A stretch of DNA of 64,000 nucleotides from Octopus sinensis (lineage: Eukaryota): positions 33,480,001-33,544,000 of the forward strand of contig NC_042998.1 in the NCBI RefSeq assembly GCF_006345805.1, written 5' to 3'. Each line of letters begins with the position of its first letter. Positions within the stretch are counted from its first letter, which is position 1. Shown here piece after piece: positions 13,412 through 27,201 of this stretch. Under the pieces are notes generated by a model. It was given only the letters and a program-made list of their open reading frames with translations, did no database searches and was not told the origin of the DNA. The position numbers and the translations under genes were made by a program.

Positions 13412-13530
13412 TCACTGCTTGGAATCGAACTCGGAATCTTGGGGTCAGTGACCTGAATAATAATATAATAATAATAACAACTTCGAAAAATACCTTAGGA
13501 ATGAGAACCCAGGTTCGAAATTTCCCCAAG

Positions 13531-13574
13531 ACACCTGACGAAGGCTGGAGGGTATATCAGCCGAAACGTTGTGT
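13531..13574 (+). ncRNA. Minimal type-I hammerhead ribozyme motif
   Basis: ACAC-CTGACGA-a-GGCTG(loop)CAGCC-GAAAC-GTT-GTGT. Stem I ACAC/GTGT, palindromic AACGTT in stem III. Confidence 0.6.
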
Positions 13575-13819
13575 TAAAACAACAAACAAGATGAGGACAA
13601 ATATCCGTCAAATGTAAATAATGTAAACAATGTACATAATTCCTCATCTCTTAAATATAGAACTGTATCCTATAGGGTGACCCGTAATTAAAAGTCGTCA
13701 GGTGTTAAATCGGGAGAACGTGAGGGGAGCTCAATTGCCCTTCTTCTACCTGTCCAGTGCCCTTGCTCAATCTCATCCACGTAAACTTGCATATCTCAGT
13801 GACCGCGACGAACCCCCAC

Positions 13820-13851
<32 letters not shown>

Positions 13852-13985
13852 CGGGAGACGAAAAAGCGTTTAAAGTAATTCGTTTTAATCCCGTGATGTT
13901 TGAATAAATTTAGTATTCAAATATTTCTCCACGCTTTCTTTCTTTGAATTGTGCATACATTTTTGAAAACATTGCATATAACATA

Positions 13986-14146
13986 GACGCAGACGTCGCT
14001 GTGTGGTTAGAAGCTTGCTTACTAATCACATGGTTCCGGGTTCAGTCCCACAGCGTGGTACCTTGGACAAATATCTTCTTCTATATCCACGGGCCGAGCA
14101 AAGCCGTGTAAGTCGATTTGGTAGACGGAAACTGAAGAAGCCGGCG

Positions 14147-14224
<78 letters not shown>

Positions 14225-14470
14225 TGTGTGTATGTGTGTGTGTGTGTGTGGTTTTTTGTATGTTTGTATATGTTTGCCTGTGCTTGTCCCCCTAACATCG
14301 CTTAACCGATGTTGGTGTATTTACGTCTCCGTAAAATTAGCGGTTCGGCAAATGACACCGATAAAATAAGTACTAGACTTACAAAGAATAAGTCCTGATG
14401 TCGATAAGTTCGACTACAGGCGATGCTCCAGCATTGCCGCAGTCAAATGACTGAAACAAGTAAAAGAATA
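13986..14470 (+). mobile_element. SINE family A, diverged
   Basis: Similar to 5377-5768. Confidence 0.85.
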
Positions 14471-14507
14471 ATTGAATAAAAGAATATGTACGTATGTGTG
14501 TACATGC

Positions 14508-14725
14508 GAATGAGTGAGTGAGTGAGTGAGTGAGTGAGTGAGTGAGAGAGTGAGTGAGTGAGTGAGTGATTGAGTGAGTGAGTGAGTGAGTGAATGAGTG
14601 AGTGAGTGAGTGAGTAAGTGAGTGAGTGAGTGAGTGAGTGAGTGAATGAGTGAGTGAGTGAGTGAGTAAGTGAGTGAGTGAGTGAGTGAGTGAGTGAGTG
14701 AGTGAGTGAGTGAATGAGTGAGCGA
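14508..14725. repeat. (GAGT)n microsatellite
   Basis: Direct reading. Confidence 0.97.
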
Positions 14726-14940
14726 GCGCGCGTGCGACATAATTAACGGGAGTTAATGCGGATTTAATGTTCTATATCTTGTGACGGGACTTGTTTCAAG
14801 GGAAGTAACTAATGAATCTATAATTTTAGTTATCTTCCCTATATGTTATCTCGTTGGAAAGACTTCTACGGCTTCTAGGCATATGCTGTGAATGCAATAC
14901 ATACATACATACATACATACATACATACATACATACATAC

Positions 14941-15310
14941 AATGATATGGGATAGAGAAGAGAAACTGTGCACAGTTGTGGAAATTAGCTGCTCAGCGGA
15001 TGTTAACATAAAGCTGAAGGTCAGTGAAAAAGAGAACACCTAAGCTGAACTATTGATTACAAGTTCAAGTTTATACCCGTAATTATCGGGGCACTGGTAT
15101 ATGTAACACACTGCCTAAATACCAATCTTGAGAAATTAGGCTTCTCAACACCAAAAGTGAGAAAGCTAATTCGAAGACTACAAATCCAATACATCACTGG
15201 AACTGTAAATATCTGTAAAACTTTCCAGAAGTTTATCATTTAAATATATATGAGCGTATCTAGATATGCAAGTATATGCATGAGAATATATACATAAAAC
15301 ATACAAATCT
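14941..15310 (+). mobile_element. 3' end of a REL-type LINE between (TACA)n tracts
   Basis: Translates to DVNIKLKVSEKENT...FKFIPVIIGAL...NLEKLGF...CKTFQKFII*. A related fragment follows (TACA)n at 52145-52280. Confidence 0.7.
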
Positions 15311-16816
15311 GCACATATATACATACATACATGCATACATACATACATACATACATACATACATACATACATACATACATACAAGGACAGACAAAGGGGT
15401 TAAGTCGATTATATCGACCCCAGTGTGTAACTGGTAATTTGAACTAAGAACGTAACGGCAGACGAAATACGGCTACGCATTTCGCCCGGCGAGCTAACGT
15501 TTCTGCCATCTCGCCGCCTTAATACCATTTCTTGGTTGGTGGGAGCTCCGTGCACCATTCCGATGATGAACATTATGATTCCGTTACACGAATCCATGTT
15601 TGTTTTTCAAAAACGTGCAAATTTTTCAAATGTAAAATTTAAAAAGAGACAATTCCGTCAATTCAGGGAAATTGACTAAGACAGGTAGCTGACAAAATGG
15701 AAGAGACACGATTTCTCGGTCAAAATGACATAAGTTCGACAAAAATGTATCCCTATTTAGATAAAATGAGCGAAAATTGCCGAGATTTTACAGACCCCGA
15801 AATCAAACGTGTTTTCTTCTTTAATATTGAACAAAGATTCCTCCAGAATCGACATTGCCTTTCATTCTTTTGAGATCGATAAAATAAGTTCTAATTAAAC
15901 AATGGGGTCAATATAATCGGCTTGGCCCCTTGACCGAAATTGCTGGCTTTGTGCCAAAATTTGAAACCAATATTCAATAACAATAACAACAACAATAACA
16001 ATGTTATTTTTTATTATGGCCTACAGGCCTTTTCATACATACAATAAAACCGTTACAGACAGGGGTTACGAAACATGTGGGGTTGGAATGAACAAGGTTA
16101 TATAAAAATGAAGTGGGGTGGGTGGGTGGAGAGACATTATACAGTCTATTACAAAGACGTGTTAAAAATTTAATATAAATTAAAAGCATAAATTATTAAT
16201 AAATATTATAAAAGCACCGGTATGAGAATGCTATTTAAAAAGCTTTTGTGAGATTCACACCTTACGACGAGAAAGTATAAATTATAAATATTCAATAGGA
16301 AATTTAGATCTCTTATATATTGCCCTAATATCTTGTTATTCTTTAAAAGCAGCAGCATATTTGGAGATATACGAGCACCGTTATTCAAGAAACCAGCCAA
16401 GTAACGTCAGGAATGTTTCGAGTGGAATGCTGTAAGATTTTAATCCTTACAATTTATATATTTTATATATTTTAAAATTTTAAATATTAACAATAAACAG
16501 ACGTATGTCTCGATTAAATTTTTGATATGAAATATGGAAATTTAGCATATTTTGCTAGGCAAATTGTGGAAAAAATATATAATTTTAAATATATTTAAAT
16601 AATTTAGTAATTTATAAAATTTTGTAGTTGAAACCAGTTAAGTTTGAACTGTGTATGATATGTTGAATGAGATATGTTCTGTTATTTTTAATGTTCTTGA
16701 AAAATAATATCTATGAATATACTTCAGATTAATATAATCCAATATTTAGATATCCATTCTTGAATGAGGGTGATATTTGTGTTTGGTGGAAAAGAAAATA
16801 TAACGGGATTGTTCAA

Positions 16817-17137
16817 TTAATTATAATAATGCTGATAGCGACGAAGCAGCTTTCCATATCTGGAAATAACTACGAAATCTCTTTCATATCTTTTAAATGT
16901 GTTTCCAGCATGACGTAGTTTATGGGACATGACAGAACGAGGTGTCTCAAACATTTCGTTTACACCGGTAGAACGAAGCCACATTTGTAGTTCACAGAGT
17001 TGTGAGAAATTCTCAGATTGTAAATCATCCAATTCATATTTCATGTCTGAATTATCTTCATCGGAATACATTTGTTCCAGGAATACTGCGACCTTTGACA
17101 ATGCCACAAAAGCTTCACTATACGAAGCACTTTTATT
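16817..17137 (-). CDS. Gene B last coding exon (predicted helices B-D of the putative cytokine)
   Basis: Acceptor tttcttttacag|AAT (phase 0), 106 codons plus TAA: NKSASYSEAFVALSKVAVFLEQMYSDEDNSDMKYELDDLQSENFSQLCELQMWLRSTGVNEMFETPRSVMSHKLRHAGNTFKRYERDFVVISRYGKLLRRYQHYYN. Confidence 0.85.
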   Translation of the reverse strand, partial: NKSASYSEAFVALSKVAVFLEQMYSDEDNSDMKYELDDLQSENFSQLCELQMWLRSTGVNEMFETPRSVMSHKLRHAGNTFKRYERDFVVISRYGKLLRRYQHYYN

Positions 17138-17440
17138 CTGTAAAAGAAATATTTATGCGTTATACATTACGCGTAAAGAAAGGATTATACTTGCATAAAT
17201 TCACAATTTAAGATGCATTTTAAGATGCAATTTAAGATAAGGTTATTAAGCATTTTGTGATTTTTAATGAAGTCATTATTAAATGATAAGAAATTCATTA
17301 GCCATTTAGCAGTTGGCGTATCGTTCGTGCACTTCATCTCCAATAAACGTAATTATTGAACCAGGTCAACCCCATTTTAATTTTTCTACATGCTGTACGG
17401 ACGGAACATTTGAACTAAGAACTATAAGCTAAAACAGTCA

Positions 17441-17700
17441 AGGAGCGTGACGTAGTGGATAGGGTATTTGCGCACGATCGCAGACCGTGGGTTCGATTCC
17501 CGGCAGTGTGTTATATCCTTGAATAAGACACTTTATTTGATCCAGTCCACTCAGCTGGGAGAAATGAGTTGTACAAGTAATTCAAAGGGCCGTTTTTGTC
17601 ACATTCTGTGCCACGTTGAATCTCCCTGAGAGCTACGTTAAGGGTACACATGTCTGTGGAGAGCTCAGCCACTTGCACGTTAATTGCACGACCAGGGCGT
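17441..17700 (+). mobile_element. SINE, family B-related variant
   Basis: tRNA-like head with GGTTCGATTCC. Body is the reverse complement of the family B body. Confidence 0.7.
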
Positions 17701-17915
17701 TTCATTCTTTTCTACTCTAGGCATAAGGCCCGAAATATTTTGGGCAGGGAACCAGTCGATTAGATCGATCACAGTGCGCAACTTTGACTGTCCTTGTTTG
17801 TACCCTCTATGTTCAGCTCCCTGTGGGCGATAAAGAAATTTTTAAAATGTTCTAATTCTAAAAGGAACAGGTACTGAGGTTTCTGATTGGAATAAAACAG
17901 TTAAAAGAGAGTTAC

Positions 17916-18011
17916 CTGTGTGTTGTTCTGACTGCTTGGTATCTCGGGAAAACCGGAAAGAGTTTTCATTTCAAGATATGAAACTATTTCTGCATCATTA
18001 AATCTAAGGGC
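17916..18011 (-). CDS. Gene B coding exon 3 (96 nt, phase 0-0)
   Basis: Acceptor atattttatag|GCC, donor CAG|gtaact. Encodes ALRFNDAEIVSYLEMKTLSGFPEIPSSQNNTQ, in frame with both neighbouring exons. Confidence 0.8.
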
Positions 18012-18166
18012 CTATAAAATATATAAAACCAAATATTAGGAAGTGCGTTAAAAAGAAAATTAGGGTGAAACAAAATTGGTGAATTTCTGTTTACATTCAT
18101 GCATGCATAGTCCGTGGTCAATGAAAGTTATACTGGAACCGATGATGAATAGTCTAAATATATTGG

Positions 18167-18447
18167 AATGTTATTACCTGTCGGAATATACTTGATGCAC
18201 GTTCGAACTGGGGAAAAAGATACTCACTACGTTTTGTCACGCAGAATATATCCTGTTTGTTGACAAATGGTGTATACACATTTAGGTCAGCTCGCAGCAC
18301 CACTTACCTAGACTTTGAGTCTAAGTAGGTGGCACTGCGAGCTGATCATTTGTCAACAAGTGAGATATATACTCCGTGAGAAAATAGATAGTGAGTGGCT
18401 TGTTTCCCAGTTCGAACGTGTATCAAGCATATTCGGCTGATAACATT
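18167..18447. mobile_element. Imperfect fold-back (MITE-like) palindrome, about 280 bp
   Basis: Nested inverted matches: cacgttcgaactggg/cccagttcgaacgtg, ttgttgacaaatg/catttgtcaacaa, cagctcgcag/ctgcgagctg. Confidence 0.75.
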
Positions 18448-18632
18448 GCATTTTCAATTTCACTATCTAGTCTTCACCCCTGCGTATCATAATATAAATA
18501 TATTGGGTTCAAATTTTGGCACAATGCCCTTGGCACCTTGGGCAAAGTGTCTTCTACTATAGCCTCGGGCCGACCAAAGCCTTGTGAGAGGATTTGTTAA
18601 ACGGAAACTGAAAGAAGCCCGTCGTATATATC

Positions 18633-18663
<31 letters not shown>

Positions 18664-18685
18664 CATACGTATATATATATATATA

Positions 18686-18729
<44 letters not shown>

Positions 18730-19300
18730 TGTATATATGTATGTGTGTGTATATGTTTGTGTATCTGTGCTTGTCCCACCAACATCGCTTGACAACCGAT
18801 GCTGGTGTGTTTACGTTCCCGTAACCTAGCAGTTTGGCAAAAGTGACCGATAGAATAAATACTAGGCTTACAAATAAGTCGACCTCGGCGAAATTTGAAC
18901 TCAGAACGTGAGGACGGACGAAATGCTGCAAAGTAGTTTGCTCGGCACGCTAATGATTCTGCCAGTTCGCCGTCTCAAATTCAATAAATATTAGGGATGA
19001 TTATATAAGCAGTGCCCTCGAACAGTTATAAAGCAACATGTCTGGTTTAGCATGATGGATGGAAGCTAGACTACAGCAGCATTGGACAGAAAACCCTACG
19101 AATGCTGATATTGTAGTGAATGGTCCTGTATCAATCTGGCATTTAAGAAAAATCAGTTTATGATTTGTATGTATTAAATGTACGATAAGGATTATTCTTC
19201 AATGAAATTTAAAGGCGACGAAGATAGATTGAACTAAGAAAAGTGTCAGTCAAAATAAACTTTAAGTAAATACAGATATACGTATATTATATACATACAC

Positions 19301-19381
<81 letters not shown>

Positions 19382-20138
19382 CTATATATATATATATATA
19401 ATACATACAAATAATATGTGGAGCTTAGTTCACATGTGATCTAAACAAAGAGGTACGCCGAGTAAGTGCTATAATTGGCCGTTCGTTATGTTCCAAGTTC
19501 ACAGCTGATGGTGGATCTAGGGATCCGTATTAGAGTTCCATTAGACCAGGTATATATTATATTAAGAAGAAAAAGCAAAACCAAGGCAGAACGAGTATAT
19601 GGAATCATTTCGAATAATTTAATGAAAGTAAACCTTCTTCCCAAAAAAGTCTTGTAACATCCTCGTAAGAGATTTCATAACATTTAAAAACATTTTTTTA
19701 AACCGCTTTTTAAATATATACGTAGATAGATAGATGACTAGACTGGTATATATGTATATACAATATATAAACGAATAGTGGGTGTGTGGATATATAAGGA
19801 TAATGGGTATGTGGATATATATACATATATATACGACGAGCTTCTTTCAGTTTCCGTCTATCAAATCCACTCATTCTACCAATTATATACGTTTTTATTT
19901 TTTTTTTTTTTGCAATTTACTTAATCATCGGTATATTATTGTTATTTTATTTTTAATATTTCTATATATGTAATTTTCTAGGTGGTGTAATTTAATTTTT
20001 CATTTGAATTGATAAAAAGTGGTTATTTCTAATTCATATATATATATATTATACTGTGCGAAATTTGATTAGTATTTCTAAATTGAATTTCCCTGTAAGT
20101 TAGGATTAATATTCCCTCAAATAATTAATAATAATAAA

Positions 20139-20183
<45 letters not shown>

Positions 20184-20501
20184 TTATTATATATTATTAT
20201 TATTATTATCATTATTATTATTATTATAATTATTATATTATTATTATTATTAATAATTATTATATGATTATTATTATTATTTATATATATATATATATAT
20301 ACACATACAGAAAACTAGGCGGAAGGAGGTCAATAGTGATAACGCATTCACATTATACTGAATTCCGCATAGAGAAGTGAACAATTAATGATTGAATCAT
20401 TACTCATGGTAATTCAGAACGCCTAAATAAACACAAACACTTCCAGATTGAAATTTTTGGAAATTCACAGTCTCTGACTAAGTGTCTATACGCGTGCGTT
20501 A

Positions 20502-20535
<34 letters not shown>

Positions 20536-21118
20536 GATATTATATATATATATATAATATATATATATACAACGACCTCCGACACACAAGTGCAAACAAG
20601 GGAGTCAGAGAAAGGCAGAATGCCACTTAAATCTGAACACTACTATAGAAATATTCTTTTAAAAAAACTTTTCTTCTAATTTTTCTAAATTTAATTATTT
20701 AATCGTTACAGTTGAAAAGGTCTCAAAATGACCGAAACCGGTACTGAAATGTTCACTATAAATTATTTTAGCATTTTCTATTTTTGACTTGTTTTTCATA
20801 TATATCAACTCGTGTGTTCCTTTTCACCCATATATATATATTGCTAATTAAACACGCACGATATGTTTTTTTGTTTTTGTGTCAAAAATCCCTTTTGTTG
20901 CATGTCCTGTTAACTCTTCAACTCTTATGCCACACGTTACGACTTGCTCTCTTTAGTCCGTAGGTCTCTGCCTGCAGTAAGCTAAAACAGGCCATATAAT
21001 ATATATTATATATATAATTATATATAATATATATATATATATATAATATATATATATATATCATATATAAATATTATAATATATTATTATTATTATTACT
21101 ATATAGTAGTAGTAGTAT

Positions 21119-21177
<59 letters not shown>

Positions 21178-21542
21178 TAGAAAGAAAGGAAATGGAGAAA
21201 GATGGATGTATGAATAATTTATTTGTATGATATAAAGATGTTAGAAATTTTTTTTAAAAACATTACAATACAAGTAAATGATATATGTTGTAAAGCTCAA
21301 AAGAAAATGAGAGATGTGGAAAAACCTACAGAAATGTTTCAGCCCCTTGTTGATATGCAATTTTAAGCATTTGGTTTATTTGCTAAGTAAGGCATCATTT
21401 TTAACTATATTGGAGCAGAACTTCTTCAGGGTTATTATGGGCTTATAGAATTAAGGTTAACATTTTTCTTTGATGGACACATACAGAATGTGTGTGTGTG
21501 TGCATCTATATATATATATATATATAATATATATATTATATA

Positions 21543-21589
<47 letters not shown>

Positions 21590-21971
21590 TATACATACAA
21601 ATATATATATATATACACATTGGCTATTTTGAAATTAAATCGGCAGTTTATATTTACTGCTGAGAAAACCGCGCGAGTGTAGTGGATTTTGAAAAGTTAT
21701 AGCATATAGACTCGAGGCATGGTTATTATCGCCTCGTGACTATATGGTAGTCCTTGGCTTTCTCATGAAGAGGTAACGCCAGTTGTAAATAAATTTAATT
21801 TATTTACAAAAGATTGCCGAAACTATGCATAGTCCAGAAAGGAGAGGGTAAACGTTTATTATTTCTCTTTCCATTTCAGAATTACAACTGTTAGTGGTTT
21901 GGAGTTTGGCTGCTCTTTCTAGTGAGTCGGATGTCCTATTATGGCCATCCCTTATATGTTTGAATGTATAT

Positions 21972-22026
<55 letters not shown>

Positions 22027-22082
22027 ATGTATGTATTATGGGGAGAGAGAGGGAGAGAGATGATAGATAGATAGATAGATAT

Positions 22083-22171
<89 letters not shown>

Positions 22172-22209
22172 ATTAAAACGTATTTATTGAAATACGAAAT
22201 CATATTTAC

Positions 22210-22466
22210 CATAGCTTTTTCCAAGGATGTTACATGATAAAATGTTTCTTTCGTTTTATATTTCAATCTTTTTAATATGGAAGGAGCGTCTTCTGGATCT
22301 ATGTTTAAGTCTATAGCACTGTCGGTATTCGCATACGGAGTGCATGGCTGATTCCAAGGTCTAGACGTCGCTTCTTGAGTAACAGATGGTAACGCCATTG
22401 TCCAAGTTTTTCGAATGAATAATATTGCTAACATAGTTATTACTTTTACTTTGCCAGCTGGGTATC
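22210..22466 (-). CDS. Gene B exon 2, copy b (257 nt, in-frame KV duplication)
   Basis: Same splice sites as 1250-1500. Contains PWNQPC and ends ...HVTSLEKAM|gtaaat. Confidence 0.75.
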
Positions 22467-23703
22467 CTGTAAGTATTTAAGATATACATTTACAATCAAA
22501 ATACATTTACAACTAATTTACACGTGGAAAAACAATGAGAAAATATTCATAATGAGCTGCTAATATAAAGAAGTAATTTAACCCATTGAGTGTCCAAAGC
22601 ATTTTCAGAAGTTTGTCTTAAGCGTTCGTGCTTGCTGCCCAATTTTTAGCAAACCTTTGTTTCATACGTTCTGAGTAAAATAAAGCTTTCTTATCATGTC
22701 TCATGTCACTCTGGTAGTTGGAAGAAAAATTAGGAATGTGTATGATATATGATGCATGGACGCTAGGGTATTAGATGGAATACAGAGGACAGGCAGACGG
22801 TTAAAATTTGAGAAATGGATTTTACCATGATTCAGGGCAATGAAATTTAGTGAAAGGTCACAGTCATGTGACTGGCACTTATGGCACTTATGGAACTAAT
22901 GAGGGAATTACTGCGTGACCGCTCGACCTGCTAGAAATAAGAACCAGATCTTCCTCAAATCACAATCCATCGATTAAATAAAGGGCATATTGTTATAATG
23001 AGATCCTAGGTTCCCTATACATAGAGAAAAGACAAGATGGTCAAGGCTGGGTGCCTTGACCTTCTCGTTTGTTATACATGTTTGTATAATCCCAACTCAT
23101 CCTGAACTGGAGATTTGTTTGAAATGGAAAACTGATCGCGATAGGATTTGAACTCGGGGTTCAGGGAACCATAACAAATACCACAAGGCGTTTTTATATG
23201 ATCGTTCTCGAATCACATCGATTCATATGGCCGGTTCCCCCCGGTTTCCGCGATGACTATATTTCCCCCCTGGACGGGATGCAGGATTAATTCGTTCTTG
23301 CCAGCTGAGCGGACTGGAACAATGTGAAATGAAGTGCTTTGCTCAAGAACACAACGAATCACCCGGTCATGGAATCGAAACCACAATTTTAAGATCATGA
23401 ATTCAACACCCTTACCACTATGTCACACGCATCCATATTTGTCCTGCAAGGCATATGTTCTGCGCTCTGACAACTCTACCAATTCACTCACCCCTAAATT
23501 TACGAAACGCACTTTAGGAAATCAATTAATCATAGGCGCGTGCGGAGGCTGTGAGGTAAGATGCTTGCTTCCCAGCCACGTGGTTCTGGGTTCAGTCCTA
23601 CTACGCGGCACCTTGAGCAAGTGACGTCTACTATAGTCTCGGGCTGACCAAATCCTTGTGAGTGGATTTGGTAGACGGAAACTGGAAGAAGCCCGTCGTA
23701 TAC

Positions 23704-23747
<44 letters not shown>

Positions 23748-23919
23748 ATATATACGGTTTAAGTAATTGAGATTCAAGTGAGTTCTAATGAATTCACATG
23801 AATATGGTCCTTAACTAGGATGCACCGGAAATCTATATGGTGTTAACCATACGACAAGTGGGGTGATTACAAATAGGAAAAAAAGCAACAAGAATGGATC
23901 AAAATATCGGTACCATTTT

Positions 23920-24003
23920 TCGGCTGATGAGTACGAGCCACCTATATTTACTGCAATTTTTGTAGCTTATTAAAGATGTCCTCGTACGAAACAATTGTAC
24001 CGA
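23920..24003 (+). ncRNA. Type-I hammerhead ribozyme motif
   Basis: TCGG-CTGATGA-GTACGAG(loop)CTCGTAC-GAAAC-AATT-GTA-CCGA. All conserved core nucleotides, 4-bp stem I, 7-bp stem II and GUA triplet are present. Confidence 0.8.
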
Positions 24004-24060
24004 TATTTTATCCATTCTTGTTCCTTTTTTTCCTATTTTTTTTTTTTTTTTCCCTATATT

Positions 24061-24100
<40 letters not shown>

Positions 24101-24218
24101 ATATATACTATATATATATATATATATATTATACAACATACATACATATGTATGTATGTATGTATGTATGTATATGGGGAGAGAGAGGGAGAGAGATGAT
24201 AGATAGATAGATAGATAT

Positions 24219-24273
<55 letters not shown>

Positions 24274-24344
24274 TATAGATAGATAGATAGATGATAGATA
24301 GATAGAATTAAAACGTATTTATTGAAATACGAAATCATATTTAC

Positions 24345-24595
24345 CATAGCTTTTTTCAAGTATGTTACATGATAAAATGTTTCTTTCGTTTTATATTTCA
24401 ATCTTTTTAATATGGAAGGAGCGTCTTCTGGATCTATGTTTAAGTCTATAGCACTGTCGGTATTCGCATACGGAGTGCATGGCTGATTCCAAGGTCTAGA
24501 CGTCGCTTCTTGAGTAACAGATGGTAACGCCATTGTCCAAGTTTTTCGAATGAATAATATTGCTAACATAGTTATTACTTTGCCAGCTGGGTATC
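24345..24595 (-). CDS. Gene B exon 2, copy a (251 nt)
   Basis: Acceptor ttacag|GATACC, donor ATG|gtaaat. Ends ...HVTYLKKAM. Confidence 0.75.
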
Positions 24596-25822
24596 CTGTA
24601 AGTATTTAAGATATACATTTACAATCAAAATACATTTACAACTAATTTACACGTGGAAAAACAATGAGAAAATATTCAATAATGAGCTGCTAATATAAAG
24701 AAGTAATTGTAACCCATTGAGTGTCCAAAGCATTTTCAGAAGTTTGTCTTAAGCGTTCGTGCTTGCTGCCCAATTTTTAGCAAACCTTTGTTTCATACGT
24801 TCTGAGTAAAATAAAGCTTTCTTATCATGTCTCATGTCACTCTGGTAGTTGGAAGAAAAATTAGGAATGTGTATGATATATGATGCATGGACGCTAGGGT
24901 ATTAGATGGAATACAGAGGACAGGCAGACGGTTAAAATTTGAGAATGGATTTTACCATGATTCAGGGCAATGAAATTTAGTGAAAGGTCACAGTAATGTG
25001 ACTGGCACTTATGGCACTTATGGAACTAATGAGGAATTACTGCGTGACCGCTCGACCTGCTAGAAATAAGAACCAGATCTTCCTCAAATCACAATCCATC
25101 GATTAAATAAAGGGCATATTGTTATAATGAGATCCTAGGTTCCCTATACATAGAGAAAAGACAAGATGGTCAAGGCTGGGTGCCTTGACCTTCTCGTTTG
25201 TTATATATGTTTGTATAATCCCAACTCATCCTGAACTGGAGATTTGTTTGAAATGGAAAACTGATCGCGATAGGATTTGAACTCGGGGTTCAGGGAACCA
25301 TAACAAATACCACAAGGCGTTTATATAGATCGTTCTCGAATCACATCGATTCATATGGCCGGTTCCCCGGTTTCCGCGATGACTATATTTCCCCACTGGA
25401 CGGGATGCAGGATTAATTCGTTCTTGCCAGCTGAGCGGACTGGAACAATGTGAAATGAAGTGCTTTGCTCAAGAACACAACGAATCACCCGGTCATGGAT
25501 TCGAAACCACAATTTTAAGATCATGAATTCACCACCCTTACCACTATGTCACACGCATCCATATTTGTCCTGCAAGGCATATGTTCTGCGCTCTGACAAC
25601 TCTACCAATTCACTCACCCCTAAATTACGAAACGCACTTTAGGAAATCAATTAATCATAGGCGCGTGCGGAGGCTGTGAGGTAAGATGCTTGCTTCCCAG
25701 CCACGTGGTTCTGGGTTCAGTCCTACTACGCGGCACCTTGAGCAAGTGACGTCTACTATAGTCTCGGCTACCAAATCCTTGTGAGTGGATTTGGTAGACG
25801 GAAACTGGAAGAAGCCCGTCGT

Positions 25823-25854
<32 letters not shown>

Positions 25855-26049
25855 ATATATATTATATATAATATATATATATATATACGGTTAAGTAATT
25901 GAGATTCAAGTGAGTTCTAATGAATTCACATGAATTGGTCCTTACTAGGATGCACCGGAAATCTATATGGTGTTAACCATACGACAAGTGTGGTGATTAC
26001 AAATAGGAAAAAAAGCAACAAGAATGGATCAAAATATCGGTACCATTTT

Positions 26050-26130
26050 TCGGCTGATGAGTACGAGCCACCTATATTACTGCATTTTGTAGCTTATTAA
26101 AGATGTCCTCGTACGAAACAATTGTACCGA
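26050..26130 (+). ncRNA. Type-I hammerhead ribozyme motif (duplicate of 23920-24003)
   Basis: Same core and stems, inside the 2.1-kb tandem duplicate. Confidence 0.78.
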
Positions 26131-26180
26131 TATTTTGATCCATTCTTGTTCCTTTTTTTCCTATTTTTTTTTCCTATTTT

Positions 26181-26267
<87 letters not shown>

Positions 26268-27159
26268 CATACATACATACATATGTATGTATGTATGTAT
26301 GTATGTATATACATATATATATATACATAGATATATATCTATGTATGTGTGTGTATATATATATATATATATATGCGTGTGTAAGTCTTTGTCTGTGTGT
26401 CTCCCTATCACCACCTGACAACCGGTGTTGGTGTGTTTACATCCCCATAACTTAGCGCTTCGGGAAAAGACTCCGATAAGATAAGTACTAGGCTATAAAA
26501 GGTAAGTCCTGGGGCCGATGTGATTGACTAAAACTCCTCAAGGTGGTGCTACGGCATGGCCGCAGTCATATAATTGAAACAAGTAAAAGAATAAAAGAAT
26601 TTTTAAAATGTGTGTTCGTGTGTGTGTATGTGCCTGTGTGTGTGTATGTGCCTGTGTGTGTGTATGTGCCTGTGTGTGTATGTGTGGAAACTATAAATGA
26701 TATGGATGGCTTATCAACAGTTTAACAACATAGATGCAAAGATTAGAGAGGGTACAAAGTGGTACCGGCATTGCTAGAAATAAGAGCCAAGCCGACTCGT
26801 TAGCCACAAGAGCACTTTCTAAATAAGCTGACAAGGGAGACGAAACAAGCTCCCTACAACATCGGATATAGTCAGATCACTGGTGATTTCGAATAATGAT
26901 GCTAGAGCATCTTAATACCCATCGGTGTCTCTTACCGCGCCTAGGGTTAAACTCAACTCACCTTGTCAATTCATAAGATATCCATTGTACTCATACGCTG
27001 ATTTCAAAAGCGGTAAAAGTGAAAACTACAAATAATATGGGTGGCTTACTAGCAATTTAATACCCTATGGGCAAATTTATAGACGTCTCTAAAGTGATAC
27101 AGGGTACGATGTAGTACCGGCATTGCTAGAAATAGGAGTCAAAAAAACTCAATAGCAAC

Positions 27160-27196
<37 letters not shown>

Positions 27197-27201
<5 letters not shown>

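Noticed and set aside
16440-16816. ATTTA instability elements in the gene B 3' UTR
   Set aside because: Several are present but scattered and expected by chance at this AT content. The poly(A) site is not defined.
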